Source: Candidatus Omnitrophota bacterium
GTDB taxonomy: Bacteria; Omnitrophota; Gorgyraeia; Zapsychrales; JANLHA01
Direction of reading: 5' to 3'
DNA length: 32,000 nucleotides
NCBI GenBank assembly: GCA_963662715.1
Contig: OY759724.1
Coordinates: 2,100,001-2,132,000, forward strand
In this document: positions 1 through 9,715 of the stretch, in pieces
Position numbering within the stretch: position 1 is the first letter of the stretch
How the letters are laid out: every line of letters starts with the position of its first letter
Notes under the pieces: generated by a model
What the model was told of the DNA's origin: nothing
Seen by the model: the letters and a program-made list of their open reading frames with translations, nothing else
Databases searched by the model: none
Program-made: the position numbers and the translations under genes

Positions 1-1
1 C

Positions 2-250
2 GAGAGCTTCGCCTCCGCGGAATCTATGTTCGGGGCACGGACGAACGAGTTTATGGTCCGGGCCACAGTGATATTAGCCGTGGCTTTTTTGGTGACGAAT
101 TTGAGCCTGGCGTATATGAACGCAAAAGAAGAAAGATCCTTGATGCAGGAGATGGGGCAAATGAAGACCATTAATGTGCCCCTGGAAAAACCTGCGTCCC
201 CGGCTACAGCAACATCCCCATCCTCGCCGGAACCCGCAACAGCTCAGTAG
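2..250 (+). CDS. secG: Preprotein translocase subunit SecG, 3' part (5' end lies outside the window)
   Basis: The frame is open to the window edge. The translation ...ESFASAESMFGARTNEFMVRATVILAVAFLVTNLSLAYM matches the conserved SecG Gly-rich loop plus second TM helix pattern. A Pro/Ser/Ala-rich tail follows. Confidence 0.7.
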   Translation, partial: ESFASAESMFGARTNEFMVRATVILAVAFLVTNLSLAYMNAKEERSLMQEMGQMKTINVPLEKPASPATATSPSSPEPATAQ

Positions 251-362
251 GGTCGGGCGAAAAGGGGCGTTATTTAGTAGAGAACCTTTTCTTAGCCAAA
301 AACCGGTCTTGAAGAAATACCTTTCCAAAAAATGGTGTCTTAAGACAGCTTTCCCTCAACGG

Positions 363-2087
363 GTGAGTGCGTCTTTGCTTTCCTGTGTTTTGCCCTTCTG
401 TCTGTTTTTTTTCCTGTCCTTCTGCTGTTCGGCGGCTCAGAGTGACCGTCACGGGGGGACCCTTGTGATGGCCACGACGTCGGACCCCAAATCGTTCAAT
501 TCCGTCATGGCCAAAGAAGCCTCCTCAACGGCGGTGACCGGGCTTATTTTTGAAGGATTAACCACGACGAATGCCTTTACGCTAAAGGTCGAACCGCATT
601 TGGCCAGGAAATGGGATGTGAGCAAGGATGGATTGACCTGGACATTTTATCTGCGGGAGGATGTCCAGTGGAACGACGGATATCCTTTTACGGCGGATGA
701 TGTTGTCTTTACCTTCAATGACCTGATTTACAACGAAGACATCCCCAGTTCGGCCCGCGATATATTCACGATTAACGGGCAGGAATTTCAGGTTGAAAAA
801 ATAGATGATTATACGGTCCAGTTTACGCTGCCGGTTAAGTTTGCTCCTTTCCTGCGGGCCATGGCCCAGCCCATCCTTCCCAAACACAGGTTGTTGCAGT
901 CTGTCATGGATAAAAAGTTCAATTTTACCTGGGGCATCGATACTCCGCCGCAGGACATTGTCGGGACCGGCCCGTTCAAGCTGACGCAATACCGTCCGGG
1001 AGAACGGCTGGTTTTCCATCGCAACGAACGGTACTGGAAAAAGTCTTCGGAAGGGGAGGTCCTTCCTTATCTGAATCGTATTATTTATCTTATCGTCCAG
1101 AATATTGATGTGGAAATATTAAAATTTTTGGACGGCGAAACGGATTATTGCGGCATTAGCCGGGGCAGTGATTACCCTTTGTTAAAGCCTTTGGAAGCAG
1201 AAAAGAATTTCACGGTATATGAATCCGGACCGAATTTTGGCAGCAATTTTCTTGTTTTCAACCAGAATAAGGGGCTCAACCCTGGAACGCAAAGGCCTTT
1301 TGTTGATCCTGTTAAATTGAAATGGTTTACCAACCGTGGATTCCGCCGGGCGGTCGCGCATACTATCGACAAGCAGAAGATGATAGATATCCTTAAGAAT
1401 CAATTGGGATATCCGCAGGACGGGCCGTTGAGCCCGAGTGCCGGATTTTTTTATAACCCGGATACAGTAAAATATGAATTTGATTTGGAGGAAGCCAAAG
1501 CGATTCTTTCGGAAAACGGCTTCCTTGACCGTAACGGGGACGGCATCATAGAAGACCCGGAAGGCCATGATGTTCAGTTTAATTTATACACAAATTCCGA
1601 TAATTCGGAAAGGGTGCAAATCGCTGCCATTATCCGCCATGACCTGCAGGAGTTGGGGATGAAGGTGAATTTTCTGGCCCTTGAGTTTAATTCTTTGGTC
1701 AGTAAACTCAACGCTTCCTTTGACTGGGATGCCATTATCATCGGCCTGACCGGAGGCGTGGAACCTCATTTCGGGAAGAATGTCTGGTCTTCCGACGGGC
1801 AGCTGCATATGTGGTATCCCCAGCAGGACAAGCCGGCCACGGGATGGGAGAAAAGAGTCGATGAGATTTTTACCGCAGGAGTCCAGGAGCTTGACGATGA
1901 GAAACGGAAAATCCTTTATGACGAATGGCAGCGGATCGTTTCCGAGGAGCTCCCGTTTATTTATACGGTTTTAGGGAGCAATATTTTTGCTGTACGCAAT
2001 AAATTCGGGAATTTAAAGCCTTCTAGTTATGCCGGGGCTTTCCATAATTTGGAAGAGATTTATATTTTAGAGGAGAACCGCCGATGA
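363..2087 (+). CDS. ABC transporter substrate-binding protein, peptide/nickel family (SBP family 5, OppA/DppA-like)
   Basis: Listed as a 637-aa ORF from 174, but that ATG overlaps secG and precedes non-protein-like sequence. The in-frame GTG at 363 gives a signal peptide (SASLLSCVLPFCLFFFLSFCCSAAQ) followed by the family-5 SBP start GGTLVMATTSDPKSFN. It is followed by two permease and two ATPase genes. The exact start is uncertain. Confidence 0.85.
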   Translation: MSASLLSCVLPFCLFFFLSFCCSAAQSDRHGGTLVMATTSDPKSFNSVMAKEASSTAVTGLIFEGLTTTNAFTLKVEPHLARKWDVSKDGLTWTFYLREDVQWNDGYPFTADDVVFTFNDLIYNEDIPSSARDIFTINGQEFQVEKIDDYTVQFTLPVKFAPFLRAMAQPILPKHRLLQSVMDKKFNFTWGIDTPPQDIVGTGPFKLTQYRPGERLVFHRNERYWKKSSEGEVLPYLNRIIYLIVQNIDVEILKFLDGETDYCGISRGSDYPLLKPLEAEKNFTVYESGPNFGSNFLVFNQNKGLNPGTQRPFVDPVKLKWFTNRGFRRAVAHTIDKQKMIDILKNQLGYPQDGPLSPSAGFFYNPDTVKYEFDLEEAKAILSENGFLDRNGDGIIEDPEGHDVQFNLYTNSDNSERVQIAAIIRHDLQELGMKVNFLALEFNSLVSKLNASFDWDAIIIGLTGGVEPHFGKNVWSSDGQLHMWYPQQDKPATGWEKRVDEIFTAGVQELDDEKRKILYDEWQRIVSEELPFIYTVLGSNIFAVRNKFGNLKPSSYAGAFHNLEEIYILEENRR

Positions 2088-3052
2088 TGCTGCGTTATGT
2101 CATAAGACGCTTTGTCGTGGCCGTGCCCTTGTTGCTTGTCATGACGTTGCTGACCTTTGTCCTCATGCAGAAAACGACGGGGAGTTTTTATGATATGTTG
2201 CGGCTGGATCCGCATATTTCCGAGGACACCATTAACCGGTATATCAGGCTTTACCAGCTCGATAGGCCGGTTATTTATCAGTATAAACAGTGGGTGTTGA
2301 ATTTGCTTAGAGGGGAGTTCGGCTATTCTTTTTATTATAATATTCCGGTTGTCTCGCTTATCTCGAGCCGGCTGTGGAACACGTTTATCCTTTCTTTCTC
2401 CAGTATTGTCTTAACCTGGACGGTCGCGATCCCCCTGGGGATCATGGCTGCCGTTCATCACAACCGCTGGCTGGACCGCCTCATCCAGTCTTTGTCTTAT
2501 GTGGGGCTGGCTACCCCGAGTTTTTTCCTGGCCCTCTTGCTGCTGTTTTTTGCCAGCCAGACGGGATTGTTCCCTTTGGGCGGCATGCATAGCGCGCAGT
2601 ATGACGATTTGACCTGGTGGGGAAAGTTTTGGGATTTGTTGCGGCATTTAGCCATCCCCGTGATAACGTTGTCTGTCGGTTCGATAGGCGCCCTGCAGCG
2701 GATTATGCGGGGCAACATGCTGGAAGTTTTGCGGCAGCAGTACATCCTGACGGCCCGGGCCAAAGGATTGCCTGAAAACCGTGTTATTTACCGTCATGCT
2801 CTGAGAAATGCGATTAACCCTTTGATCACTTTAATGGGATATGAATTCTCGCGTCTCTTGAGCGGTGCCGCTTTGCTGGAAATCATCTGCAGTTGGCCCG
2901 GCCTGGGGGCGTTAATGTTAACGGCTGTGCGCTCCAAAGATATCTACCTGGTTATGGCGAGTTTTATTATGGGGAGTGTGTTGTTCCTTTTAGGAAATCT
3001 TTTCGCGGACATCCTTCTGGCCCGCATGGATCCAAGGATAAGATATGAGTAA
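2084..3052 (+). CDS. ABC transporter permease (OppB/DppB-like)
   Basis: Polytopic membrane protein with the BPD-transporter EAA loop region (LTARAKGLPENRVIYRHALRNAINP). Its ATGA start/stop overlaps the upstream SBP gene. Confidence 0.9.
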   Translation: MMLRYVIRRFVVAVPLLLVMTLLTFVLMQKTTGSFYDMLRLDPHISEDTINRYIRLYQLDRPVIYQYKQWVLNLLRGEFGYSFYYNIPVVSLISSRLWNTFILSFSSIVLTWTVAIPLGIMAAVHHNRWLDRLIQSLSYVGLATPSFFLALLLLFFASQTGLFPLGGMHSAQYDDLTWWGKFWDLLRHLAIPVITLSVGSIGALQRIMRGNMLEVLRQQYILTARAKGLPENRVIYRHALRNAINPLITLMGYEFSRLLSGAALLEIICSWPGLGALMLTAVRSKDIYLVMASFIMGSVLFLLGNLFADILLARMDPRIRYE

Positions 3053-4142
3053 AGATCAGTATTCTGTTCAATCTCAAAACGGCTTTCAGCGTTTCCGCAA
3101 GAATGGCTGGGCGGTATTCTGTTTGAGCGTCCTTGTCCTCTTGTACGGGGCAGCCCTGTTGGCCGATTTTATCAGCCCTTACTCCTATCAGAATGAAGAC
3201 CGGAATTATTCCTATTGTCCGCCGACAAGCATTCAATTTCATGATGAACAGGGCCGTCTCAGGTGGCCGTACATTTACGGCTTTAAAATTTATTTTGACG
3301 AATATCATAAACGCGGGTATGAGATTAACCGGGAAGAAAAATATCCGCTTAAATTGTTTACCCGAGGAGATCCGTACAAATTTTTGGGGTTCCTCCCGGG
3401 GACCATACGCCTTTTTGGTGTTGAGCGCCCCGGCCGTCTTCTGATCTGGGGGGCTGATTCGCGCGGACGGGACCTTTTTTCCCGCATTGTCTATGGCGGA
3501 CGGATATCTTTATCGATCGGATTGTTCGGGGTGTTTATCTCTTTTTCGATCGGACTGCTGGTGGGCGGTATTGCCGGCTATTACGGAGGAAGGGTTGATG
3601 ATATCCTGATGAGGATTTGTGAAATGATTATGATGATTCCGGGGTTTTACCTTTTACTGGCCTTAAGGGCCATGGTCCCGGCGAGCTTTAATTCCGTCCA
3701 GGTTTATTTCTCCATTGTTATCATTCTTTCCTTTATCGGCTGGGCCGGCTTAGCCAGAATCATCCGGGGAATGTGCCTTTCGATTAGGGAACGGGAGTTT
3801 GTCTTGGCTGCGAAAGTTATGGGCCTTTCTGATCTTAAGATTATCGTCAGGCATGTTTTGCCCCATACATTGTCTTATTCTATTATTGCGATTATGCTTT
3901 CGATCCCCGGATATATCTTGGCCGAATCAGCCTTAAGCCTGATCGGGCTGGGGATCCAGGACCCGTATGCGTCCTGGGGAAATTTGTTGTCAGAGGCGAT
4001 GGGGATTATTCAGATACATTTCGCCCCGTGGATCCTTTTGCCCGGATTGTTTATCTTTTTGACTGTCATGTGCTTTAATGTGATCGGCGATGCTTTGAGA
4101 GATTGTTTGGACCCGCGGTTTAGGGTCGAGGAGAATCTTTGA
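3045..4142 (+). CDS. ABC transporter permease (OppC/DppC-like)
   Basis: N-terminal OppC-type extension, multiple TM helices and EAA loop (LAAKVMGLSDLKIIVRHVLPH). Overlaps the upstream permease by 8 nt. Confidence 0.9.
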   Translation: MSKDQYSVQSQNGFQRFRKNGWAVFCLSVLVLLYGAALLADFISPYSYQNEDRNYSYCPPTSIQFHDEQGRLRWPYIYGFKIYFDEYHKRGYEINREEKYPLKLFTRGDPYKFLGFLPGTIRLFGVERPGRLLIWGADSRGRDLFSRIVYGGRISLSIGLFGVFISFSIGLLVGGIAGYYGGRVDDILMRICEMIMMIPGFYLLLALRAMVPASFNSVQVYFSIVIILSFIGWAGLARIIRGMCLSIREREFVLAAKVMGLSDLKIIVRHVLPHTLSYSIIAIMLSIPGYILAESALSLIGLGIQDPYASWGNLLSEAMGIIQIHFAPWILLPGLFIFLTVMCFNVIGDALRDCLDPRFRVEENL

Positions 4143-4213
4143 GTTTTTCCCGGGGCAACGATTAAGGTTTCAGTGGGTTTTGATATGAAAAAACACAAAA
4201 AAATTATCCCATT

Positions 4214-4987
4214 ATGTTGTTAGAGATCCAAAAATTAAGCATTGTCGCCAAAACAGAGCAGGGAGAAAAGCCGATTGTGGATCGGGTGAGCTTCCAGGTC
4301 CAGGAACGTAATATTGTGGCTTTGGTCGGGGGCTCCGGCAGCGGCAAGACGACAACGGGGCTGGCCGTTATGAGACTGCTGGCGCCGGGATTAAACATTG
4401 TTTCCGGCTCCATCTATTTTAACGGGAAAAATATTCTGACCTTGCCTGAGCAGCAAGTGCGGGATCTCCGCGGCGGCCAGATCGCGATGGTTTTTCAGGA
4501 ACCCCTGTATGCCTTTAATCCTGTCTTCCGTGTCGGATACCAGATCGATGAAGTGTTGCGGTTTCATACGAGTTTGACGGTCTTGCAGCGTCAAAGACGC
4601 GTTGAAGAATTGCTGAGGCAGGTGGAAATTAAAGAACCGATGAGAATCGCCCAATCTTATCCGCATCAGTTGAGCGGCGGATTGCGCCAGCGGGCGATGT
4701 TGGCGCAGGCCATGGCGGCGAATCCTCAATTAATTATTGCCGACGAACCTACAAGCAATCTGGATGTCACCGTGCAGGCAAGGATTCTGACGTTATTCAA
4801 GAAACTCAGAGATGAGTTCCGTTTGACGCTTTTGCTTATTACGCATGATTTGGGGCTTGTGCAGTATTTATCAGATCATGTTGTGGTTTTATCCGGGGGG
4901 AAAGTGGTCGAACAGGGGCCGGCGTCCGACGTTTTGCAGCGTCCCCAGGAACCGTATACTCAAACACTGCTGGAGGCATTGAAATAA
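4214..4987 (+). CDS. ABC transporter ATP-binding protein (OppD/DppD-like, short form)
   Basis: Walker A GGSGSGKTT, signature LSGGLRQR, Walker B LIIADEPTSNLD, H-loop ITHD. Confidence 0.9.
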   Translation: MLLEIQKLSIVAKTEQGEKPIVDRVSFQVQERNIVALVGGSGSGKTTTGLAVMRLLAPGLNIVSGSIYFNGKNILTLPEQQVRDLRGGQIAMVFQEPLYAFNPVFRVGYQIDEVLRFHTSLTVLQRQRRVEELLRQVEIKEPMRIAQSYPHQLSGGLRQRAMLAQAMAANPQLIIADEPTSNLDVTVQARILTLFKKLRDEFRLTLLLITHDLGLVQYLSDHVVVLSGGKVVEQGPASDVLQRPQEPYTQTLLEALK

Positions 4988-4988
4988 T

Positions 4989-5924
4989 ATGTTGCTGGAG
5001 TTGCAGGGGATACAAAAATATTTCCCGGTCAAACACAGCGTTTCTTGCGGGGCAAGAGAAGACAGCTCTCCCGGAAATCTTGGCGCTTCTGTCGAACAGG
5101 CGGTCTCCGCCCTTGCCTGGTGGCAAAAGAGTTATGTCCGGGCGGTCGATGGAGTTGATTTAAGTATTGAGCAGGGGGAAGATCTGGGCTTGGTCGGAGA
5201 ATCCGGTTCCGGAAAAACAACGTTAGGACGGCTTATTGTCAGGCTGTATTCTTTAGACAAGGGACGAATCTTCCTGGAGGGGAAAGACATTTCTTCTTCC
5301 CGGTCAGCTGTCCAGTTATTAAGGAAAAAAGTCCAAATGGTCTTCCAGGACCCTTATAGCAGTTTGAATCCCCGTTTCCCGGTAAGGAAAATTTTAAAGG
5401 AAGCCTTTCATCAATTGCGCCCTTTCCCGGACAGAAATTATCAAGAGCTTAAAATGATTGAAATGATGAAAGCGGTGGGGTTGGAAGGGGAAAATCTTAA
5501 CCGGTTCCCTCATGAATTTAGCGGCGGGGAGAGGCAGCGTATCGCTATTGCACGGGCGCTGCTGATGAACCCGAAGCTTCTCATTTTAGACGAAGCGGTT
5601 TCTTCTTTGGATGTGCTCGTCCAGCAGCAGATCATTTCTTTGTTGAAAGAACTGCAGAAAAAGTTTAATGTCACGTATTTTTTTATTACGCATAATCTTC
5701 GAGTGGTCAAAAAATTGTGCAGACGTATTGCCGTTATGTATAAGGGGAAAATTGTTGAGCTGGGATATGCGGAAGACATTTTTGAGAATCCGCAACATGT
5801 TTATACAAAAGAATTATTGTCCGCTGCGGTGAATTATCAGGCATCGCAAAGTGATTTGGAAATAGAGTTTGATAAAAGTTCCCGTTTGGTTGACTTGGGG
5901 AACGGACATTTTGTAATAAAGTGA
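4989..5924 (+). CDS. ABC transporter ATP-binding protein (OppF/DppF-like)
   Basis: Walker A GESGSGKTT, signature FSGGERQR, Walker B LLILDEAVSSLD, H-loop ITHN, and an oligopeptide-type C-terminal extension. Starts 1 nt after the upstream stop. Confidence 0.9.
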   Translation: MLLELQGIQKYFPVKHSVSCGAREDSSPGNLGASVEQAVSALAWWQKSYVRAVDGVDLSIEQGEDLGLVGESGSGKTTLGRLIVRLYSLDKGRIFLEGKDISSSRSAVQLLRKKVQMVFQDPYSSLNPRFPVRKILKEAFHQLRPFPDRNYQELKMIEMMKAVGLEGENLNRFPHEFSGGERQRIAIARALLMNPKLLILDEAVSSLDVLVQQQIISLLKELQKKFNVTYFFITHNLRVVKKLCRRIAVMYKGKIVELGYAEDIFENPQHVYTKELLSAAVNYQASQSDLEIEFDKSSRLVDLGNGHFVIK

Positions 5925-5933
5925 CGGAAAATT

Positions 5934-5942
5934 TGCTATAAT
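5934..5942 (+). promoter_or_regulatory. Candidate extended -10 promoter element (TGcTATAAT) upstream of the membrane/TPR gene
   Basis: Exact TGnTATAAT at 5934-5942 in the AT-rich 126-nt intergenic region. A second TGtTAAAAT lies at 6005-6013. No experimental support. Confidence 0.3.
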
Positions 5943-6050
5943 AAATGTTTTCAGTAAGAATTTTAAATATCATTTATAATTTGAATATTATCTTCTAAAA
6001 AATTTGTTAAAATAGACACGACTAAGTTTCCCTAATAACGGAGAAAATCT

Positions 6051-8390
6051 ATGAGTAATGCTTTCTGGAAAAGATTGAGTCTTATTTTTGGGCTTTTAAC
6101 GTTAGCCTTTATATTCGGGCTGCTTGTTTTTGTCGCTAATTTGGAAGTCAAGGATTTGGATTTGTGGCTTCATTTAGGCATGGGCCGGCACCTGGTTGAG
6201 AACGGATTCCGTGTCCCGGCAGCGGATATTTTAACCTGCACGTTTGCGGGCATCCCCTGGGTGAATCACGAATGGCTTTTTCAGGTCATTGTATACCTTA
6301 TCTACTCCCGGTGGGGTCCTGAAGCCCTTATCACCATGCAGGTGATTGTTGTGACGCTCACGATGACGATATTGTTGCTTATGGGCTACAGCCGGAAACG
6401 CCAGCTCGGCTCTATCTTTATGTTTCTCCTGGTTTCGCTCGTTTTTCAAAACCGTTTTACGATACGTCCGGATCTTTACAGTTTATTGTTTTTTGTCCTA
6501 TATATCTTTATTTTATCTTTCCATATTGACAAGAAATGGTCTTTGTATGCTTTATTTATTGTGCAGCTTTTATGGACGAATATGCACGGTTTCTTTTTCT
6601 TCGGTCCTCTTTTTGTCCTTATCGGCTTGGTGTCCGAGTGGATGAAACGGCATGTGCCTTTGCCTTATGAATGGAATAAAATCGGCCGGTTAACAGATGA
6701 TGAATACAGTCGAATGGGCTGGATTTTTGCTGTTGTTATTTTGGCCTGCCTGCTTAATCCTTTGACATTCGAAGGGGCGTGGTATCCGATCGGGGTCTTT
6801 TTTAAGATTTCCGGAGAGCACAAAATCTTTTTCGATAAAATTATCGAACTTAGGAAGCCCATCACGAGTGACACGCTGTTTTTGCCCACAGAATACCCTT
6901 ATTATAAACTGCTTATTATCTTGTCATTCGTCAGCCTCTTCTTTAACCGTTTCCGGCTGGACATCGCCGGATTGTTTTTTTGGCTGATCTTTCTGTTCTT
7001 TTCCCTGGCCGCGGTCCGCAACCTGATTTTTTTCGGTTTCGCGGCTTATATCGTTTATATGAGTAACGCCCTTGTCTTATCCATGCGCGATATTGTGCCG
7101 ATCCGGATCACGGACAGGAAGTTTTTATATTTGACAACAATTCTTGCAAAGATTTTTCTCCTGGTCTGGATCATGCAGTACTGGACCACTATTTCCACGA
7201 ACGGTTATTTTGATTTTGACAAGTATGAGCGTAAAAGTGAGTTCGGGGGGGTCTCTTTGCGGTCTTATCCCAATAAAGCCGTGGATTTCCTGGTTGAAAA
7301 CAAAGTGAAAGGCAATTTTTTTAATGACTTTAACACCGGCGCTTATCTTACCGGGAGATGTTTTCCTGATATAAAAACGTTCATTGACGGACGGACAGAA
7401 GTCTATGGCCCGATTTTCTTCAAGTATTATGTGTCTTTGTGGGAAAAGGACAACCCGGAACTTTTTGCCGACGCTTTGGAGAAGTTCGGCATTACCGGGG
7501 CTCTGATGAATTCCGTTCAGCAGCCGATTCCGCCGCGGGTCCTTAATTACTTGGAAAATAATCCGGAGTGGATTCCCGTCTATTTTGATTATGACGCGGT
7601 GATCTATCTTAAGGATGTCCCGCAAAATCGGGATATTATCGAAAAACATGCCATTGATTTTTCCAAATGGGAGGGGAAATCTCTGGATATGTACCGGCTG
7701 GGGTCCAAGAAGGTTACCCCTTATCAGAACATGAACCGGGCTTATACTTTAGAGTCCATGGGCTATGATAAAGCGGCTTTGAAAGAGATTAACTATGCTT
7801 TGGAAGTTACCCCGGTTTATAATCTGCCGTATCTGTTGTTAGGTAAAATTTATGCCAAACATAAGAATTATCAGAAGGCGTACGAAAACTTCCGTATCGC
7901 CGTTTTATTCTCCCCCGGGAACAGGAAGGCCCGTTATAATATGGCTCTGGCTCTTTATGACCTGGGAGAATTCAAGTATGCGGCAGATCAATACCAGCGG
8001 CTTATTGACCAGTCGCCCCGGTCGGCCAAAGCCCATTTTCTCATGGCCAGGACTCTTGTTAAGATGGAAAAATATGACAATGCCCTGGAATTTATCCAGG
8101 TCGCCCATGCCTTGAAGCCGGGGGACATTAAAGATATTCTGGATCTCGGGAAGATGCTCGAAGAAGAAGAGGCTTATGCGATAGCGGTGGACGTCTATAA
8201 GCTCGGTTTAAATACGAAAAAAAATCTTGATGAAGTCCACCGTCTTTTGGCTGGCGTCTATGAAAAATTAGGACAGCCGGAGAAAGCGGCAGAGCATCTT
8301 CGCGCGGAGAAGCGAATTATTTCGGAAGAGAAATATCAGACTCAGTTGCCAGATGTCCTGTCGGGGCCTGAAGATGAGCCGGAAGAATAA
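6051..8390 (+). CDS. Polytopic membrane protein with periplasmic domain and C-terminal TPR repeats (possible GT-C type glycosyltransferase)
   Basis: 779 aa. About 10 or more hydrophobic helices fill the first ~380 aa, with an acidic motif in the first loop (EVKDLDLWLH). A soluble region follows (FNDFNTGAYLTGR...FIDGRTEVYG). After that come several 34-aa TPR-like repeats (AYENFRIAVLFSPGN, AADQYQRLIDQSPRS, ALEFIQVAHALKPGD) and an acidic tail. Confidence 0.8.
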   Translation: MSNAFWKRLSLIFGLLTLAFIFGLLVFVANLEVKDLDLWLHLGMGRHLVENGFRVPAADILTCTFAGIPWVNHEWLFQVIVYLIYSRWGPEALITMQVIVVTLTMTILLLMGYSRKRQLGSIFMFLLVSLVFQNRFTIRPDLYSLLFFVLYIFILSFHIDKKWSLYALFIVQLLWTNMHGFFFFGPLFVLIGLVSEWMKRHVPLPYEWNKIGRLTDDEYSRMGWIFAVVILACLLNPLTFEGAWYPIGVFFKISGEHKIFFDKIIELRKPITSDTLFLPTEYPYYKLLIILSFVSLFFNRFRLDIAGLFFWLIFLFFSLAAVRNLIFFGFAAYIVYMSNALVLSMRDIVPIRITDRKFLYLTTILAKIFLLVWIMQYWTTISTNGYFDFDKYERKSEFGGVSLRSYPNKAVDFLVENKVKGNFFNDFNTGAYLTGRCFPDIKTFIDGRTEVYGPIFFKYYVSLWEKDNPELFADALEKFGITGALMNSVQQPIPPRVLNYLENNPEWIPVYFDYDAVIYLKDVPQNRDIIEKHAIDFSKWEGKSLDMYRLGSKKVTPYQNMNRAYTLESMGYDKAALKEINYALEVTPVYNLPYLLLGKIYAKHKNYQKAYENFRIAVLFSPGNRKARYNMALALYDLGEFKYAADQYQRLIDQSPRSAKAHFLMARTLVKMEKYDNALEFIQVAHALKPGDIKDILDLGKMLEEEEAYAIAVDVYKLGLNTKKNLDEVHRLLAGVYEKLGQPEKAAEHLRAEKRIISEEKYQTQLPDVLSGPEDEPEE

Positions 8391-8453
8391 TCAGGCCGGT
8401 TTTTACGATACGACAGGGCATCCTTTTGGGAAAGGACAAGGGGACATAATTCT

Positions 8454-9680
8454 ATGAGAGAGGTTTTGACGTTTATTTTAGCCGGGGGAAAAGGAGAACG
8501 GTTGAATCCGTTGACCCGCGACCGGGCGAAGCCTGCCGTTCCTTTCGGGGGAATTTATCGCATCATTGATTTCACATTAAGTAACTGCATCAACTCCGGA
8601 TTAAGAAGAATATATATATTGATCCAATATAAATCTTTTTCCCTGCAGAAACATGTCCTGGCCGGCTGGGGCGATATCGTTTCCAGTCAGTTGGGGGAGT
8701 TTATTGATGTTATCCCCGCGCAGCAGCGGATCAGTTCGGACTGGTATCGCGGAACCGCGGATGCCATTCATCAGAATATTTATACGATCCATGACCATGA
8801 TCCAAAATTGATCCTTATCCTGGCGGGTGACCATGTTTATAAAATGAACTATGAGAAAATGATTTCTTATCAGAAGAAAACGAATGCGGACATGGTTGTC
8901 TCCTGCATCCCCATGCCGGCGGAGACGGCTGTGAGTTTTGGGGTGATCGAAGTGGACCAGGAGAACAGGGTGTGCGGCTTTCGGGAAAAACCCAAAAAAC
9001 CCAAAACGATTCCCGGGGATTCGGAGCATATTTTTGCTTCTATGGGCATTTATCTTTTCAAGAAGGATGTCTTGCTGCAAGAACTGGAAATAGATTCAAA
9101 GAGCATGACATCAGAGCATGATTTTGGAAAGAATGTCATTCCGCAAATGTTGAAGAACGGTAAAAAAATATTGGTTTATAATTTTGTGGATAAGGATAAC
9201 AAGCCGTGTTACTGGCGGGATATCGGGACGCGGGATGCGTATTATCAGGCTAATATGGACCTTGTCCAAAGAGACCCGGAATTCAACTTGTATGAACGGA
9301 CGTGGCCGGTCAGGACTTTGCATGAGCAATTCCCGCCCATTAAGCTGCTGCATGCCGAGGAGAACGGACAGCTTATTCACGGTGAGCTTGACGACTGCCT
9401 GATCGCGGGCGGCTGTATTATCGACGGGGCAAAGATTAAAGGATCCATCCTTTCCACGAACGTTTGTGTCCACCCCCATGCCAGCGTCATCAATTCTGTT
9501 ATTATGGAGGGGGTTTCGGTCGGTTCTCATGCGAAGATAAAGAATGCTATCGTTGATAAAGAGGTCGTCGTTCCGCCGGGGGCGCAGATAGGGTATGATC
9601 TCAGTCTCGACCGGAAAAGATTTGACGTAACAACATCAGGCATTGTTATTGTGCCCAAAAGAGTCAAGATTCAGGGATGA
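8454..9680 (+). CDS. glgC: Glucose-1-phosphate adenylyltransferase
   Basis: N-terminal LAGGKGERLNPLTRDRAKPAVPFGGIYRIIDFTLSNCINSG and WYRGTADAI are hallmark GlgC motifs. A left-handed beta-helix C-terminal half is present. Confidence 0.92.
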   Translation: MREVLTFILAGGKGERLNPLTRDRAKPAVPFGGIYRIIDFTLSNCINSGLRRIYILIQYKSFSLQKHVLAGWGDIVSSQLGEFIDVIPAQQRISSDWYRGTADAIHQNIYTIHDHDPKLILILAGDHVYKMNYEKMISYQKKTNADMVVSCIPMPAETAVSFGVIEVDQENRVCGFREKPKKPKTIPGDSEHIFASMGIYLFKKDVLLQELEIDSKSMTSEHDFGKNVIPQMLKNGKKILVYNFVDKDNKPCYWRDIGTRDAYYQANMDLVQRDPEFNLYERTWPVRTLHEQFPPIKLLHAEENGQLIHGELDDCLIAGGCIIDGAKIKGSILSTNVCVHPHASVINSVIMEGVSVGSHAKIKNAIVDKEVVVPPGAQIGYDLSLDRKRFDVTTSGIVIVPKRVKIQG

Positions 9681-9715
9681 TTATGGCGTAATAAATATAA
9701 AAAGAAAGGAACTGT

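Noticed and set aside
336-347. Perfect 12-bp palindrome TGTCTTAAGACA 16 nt upstream of the ABC operon start, and a second one, CTTTTCGAAAAG, at 24616-24627.
   Set aside because: A perfect 12-bp palindrome has probability about 4^-6 per position, which gives roughly 8 expected by chance in 32 kb. No second half-site or repetition supports an operator. Noted only as possible regulator sites.
174-362. ATG at 174 as the start of the substrate-binding protein.
   Set aside because: It would overlap secG by 77 nt and add ~60 residues of Arg/Pro-rich non-protein-like sequence ahead of the signal peptide. The GTG at 363 gives a normal signal peptide.
4185-4223. 12-codon upstream ORF (MKKHKKIIPLCC) ending across the ATG of the first ATPase gene.
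   Set aside because: It has no RBS, it is very short, it lies in an A-rich spacer, and conservation cannot be tested here.
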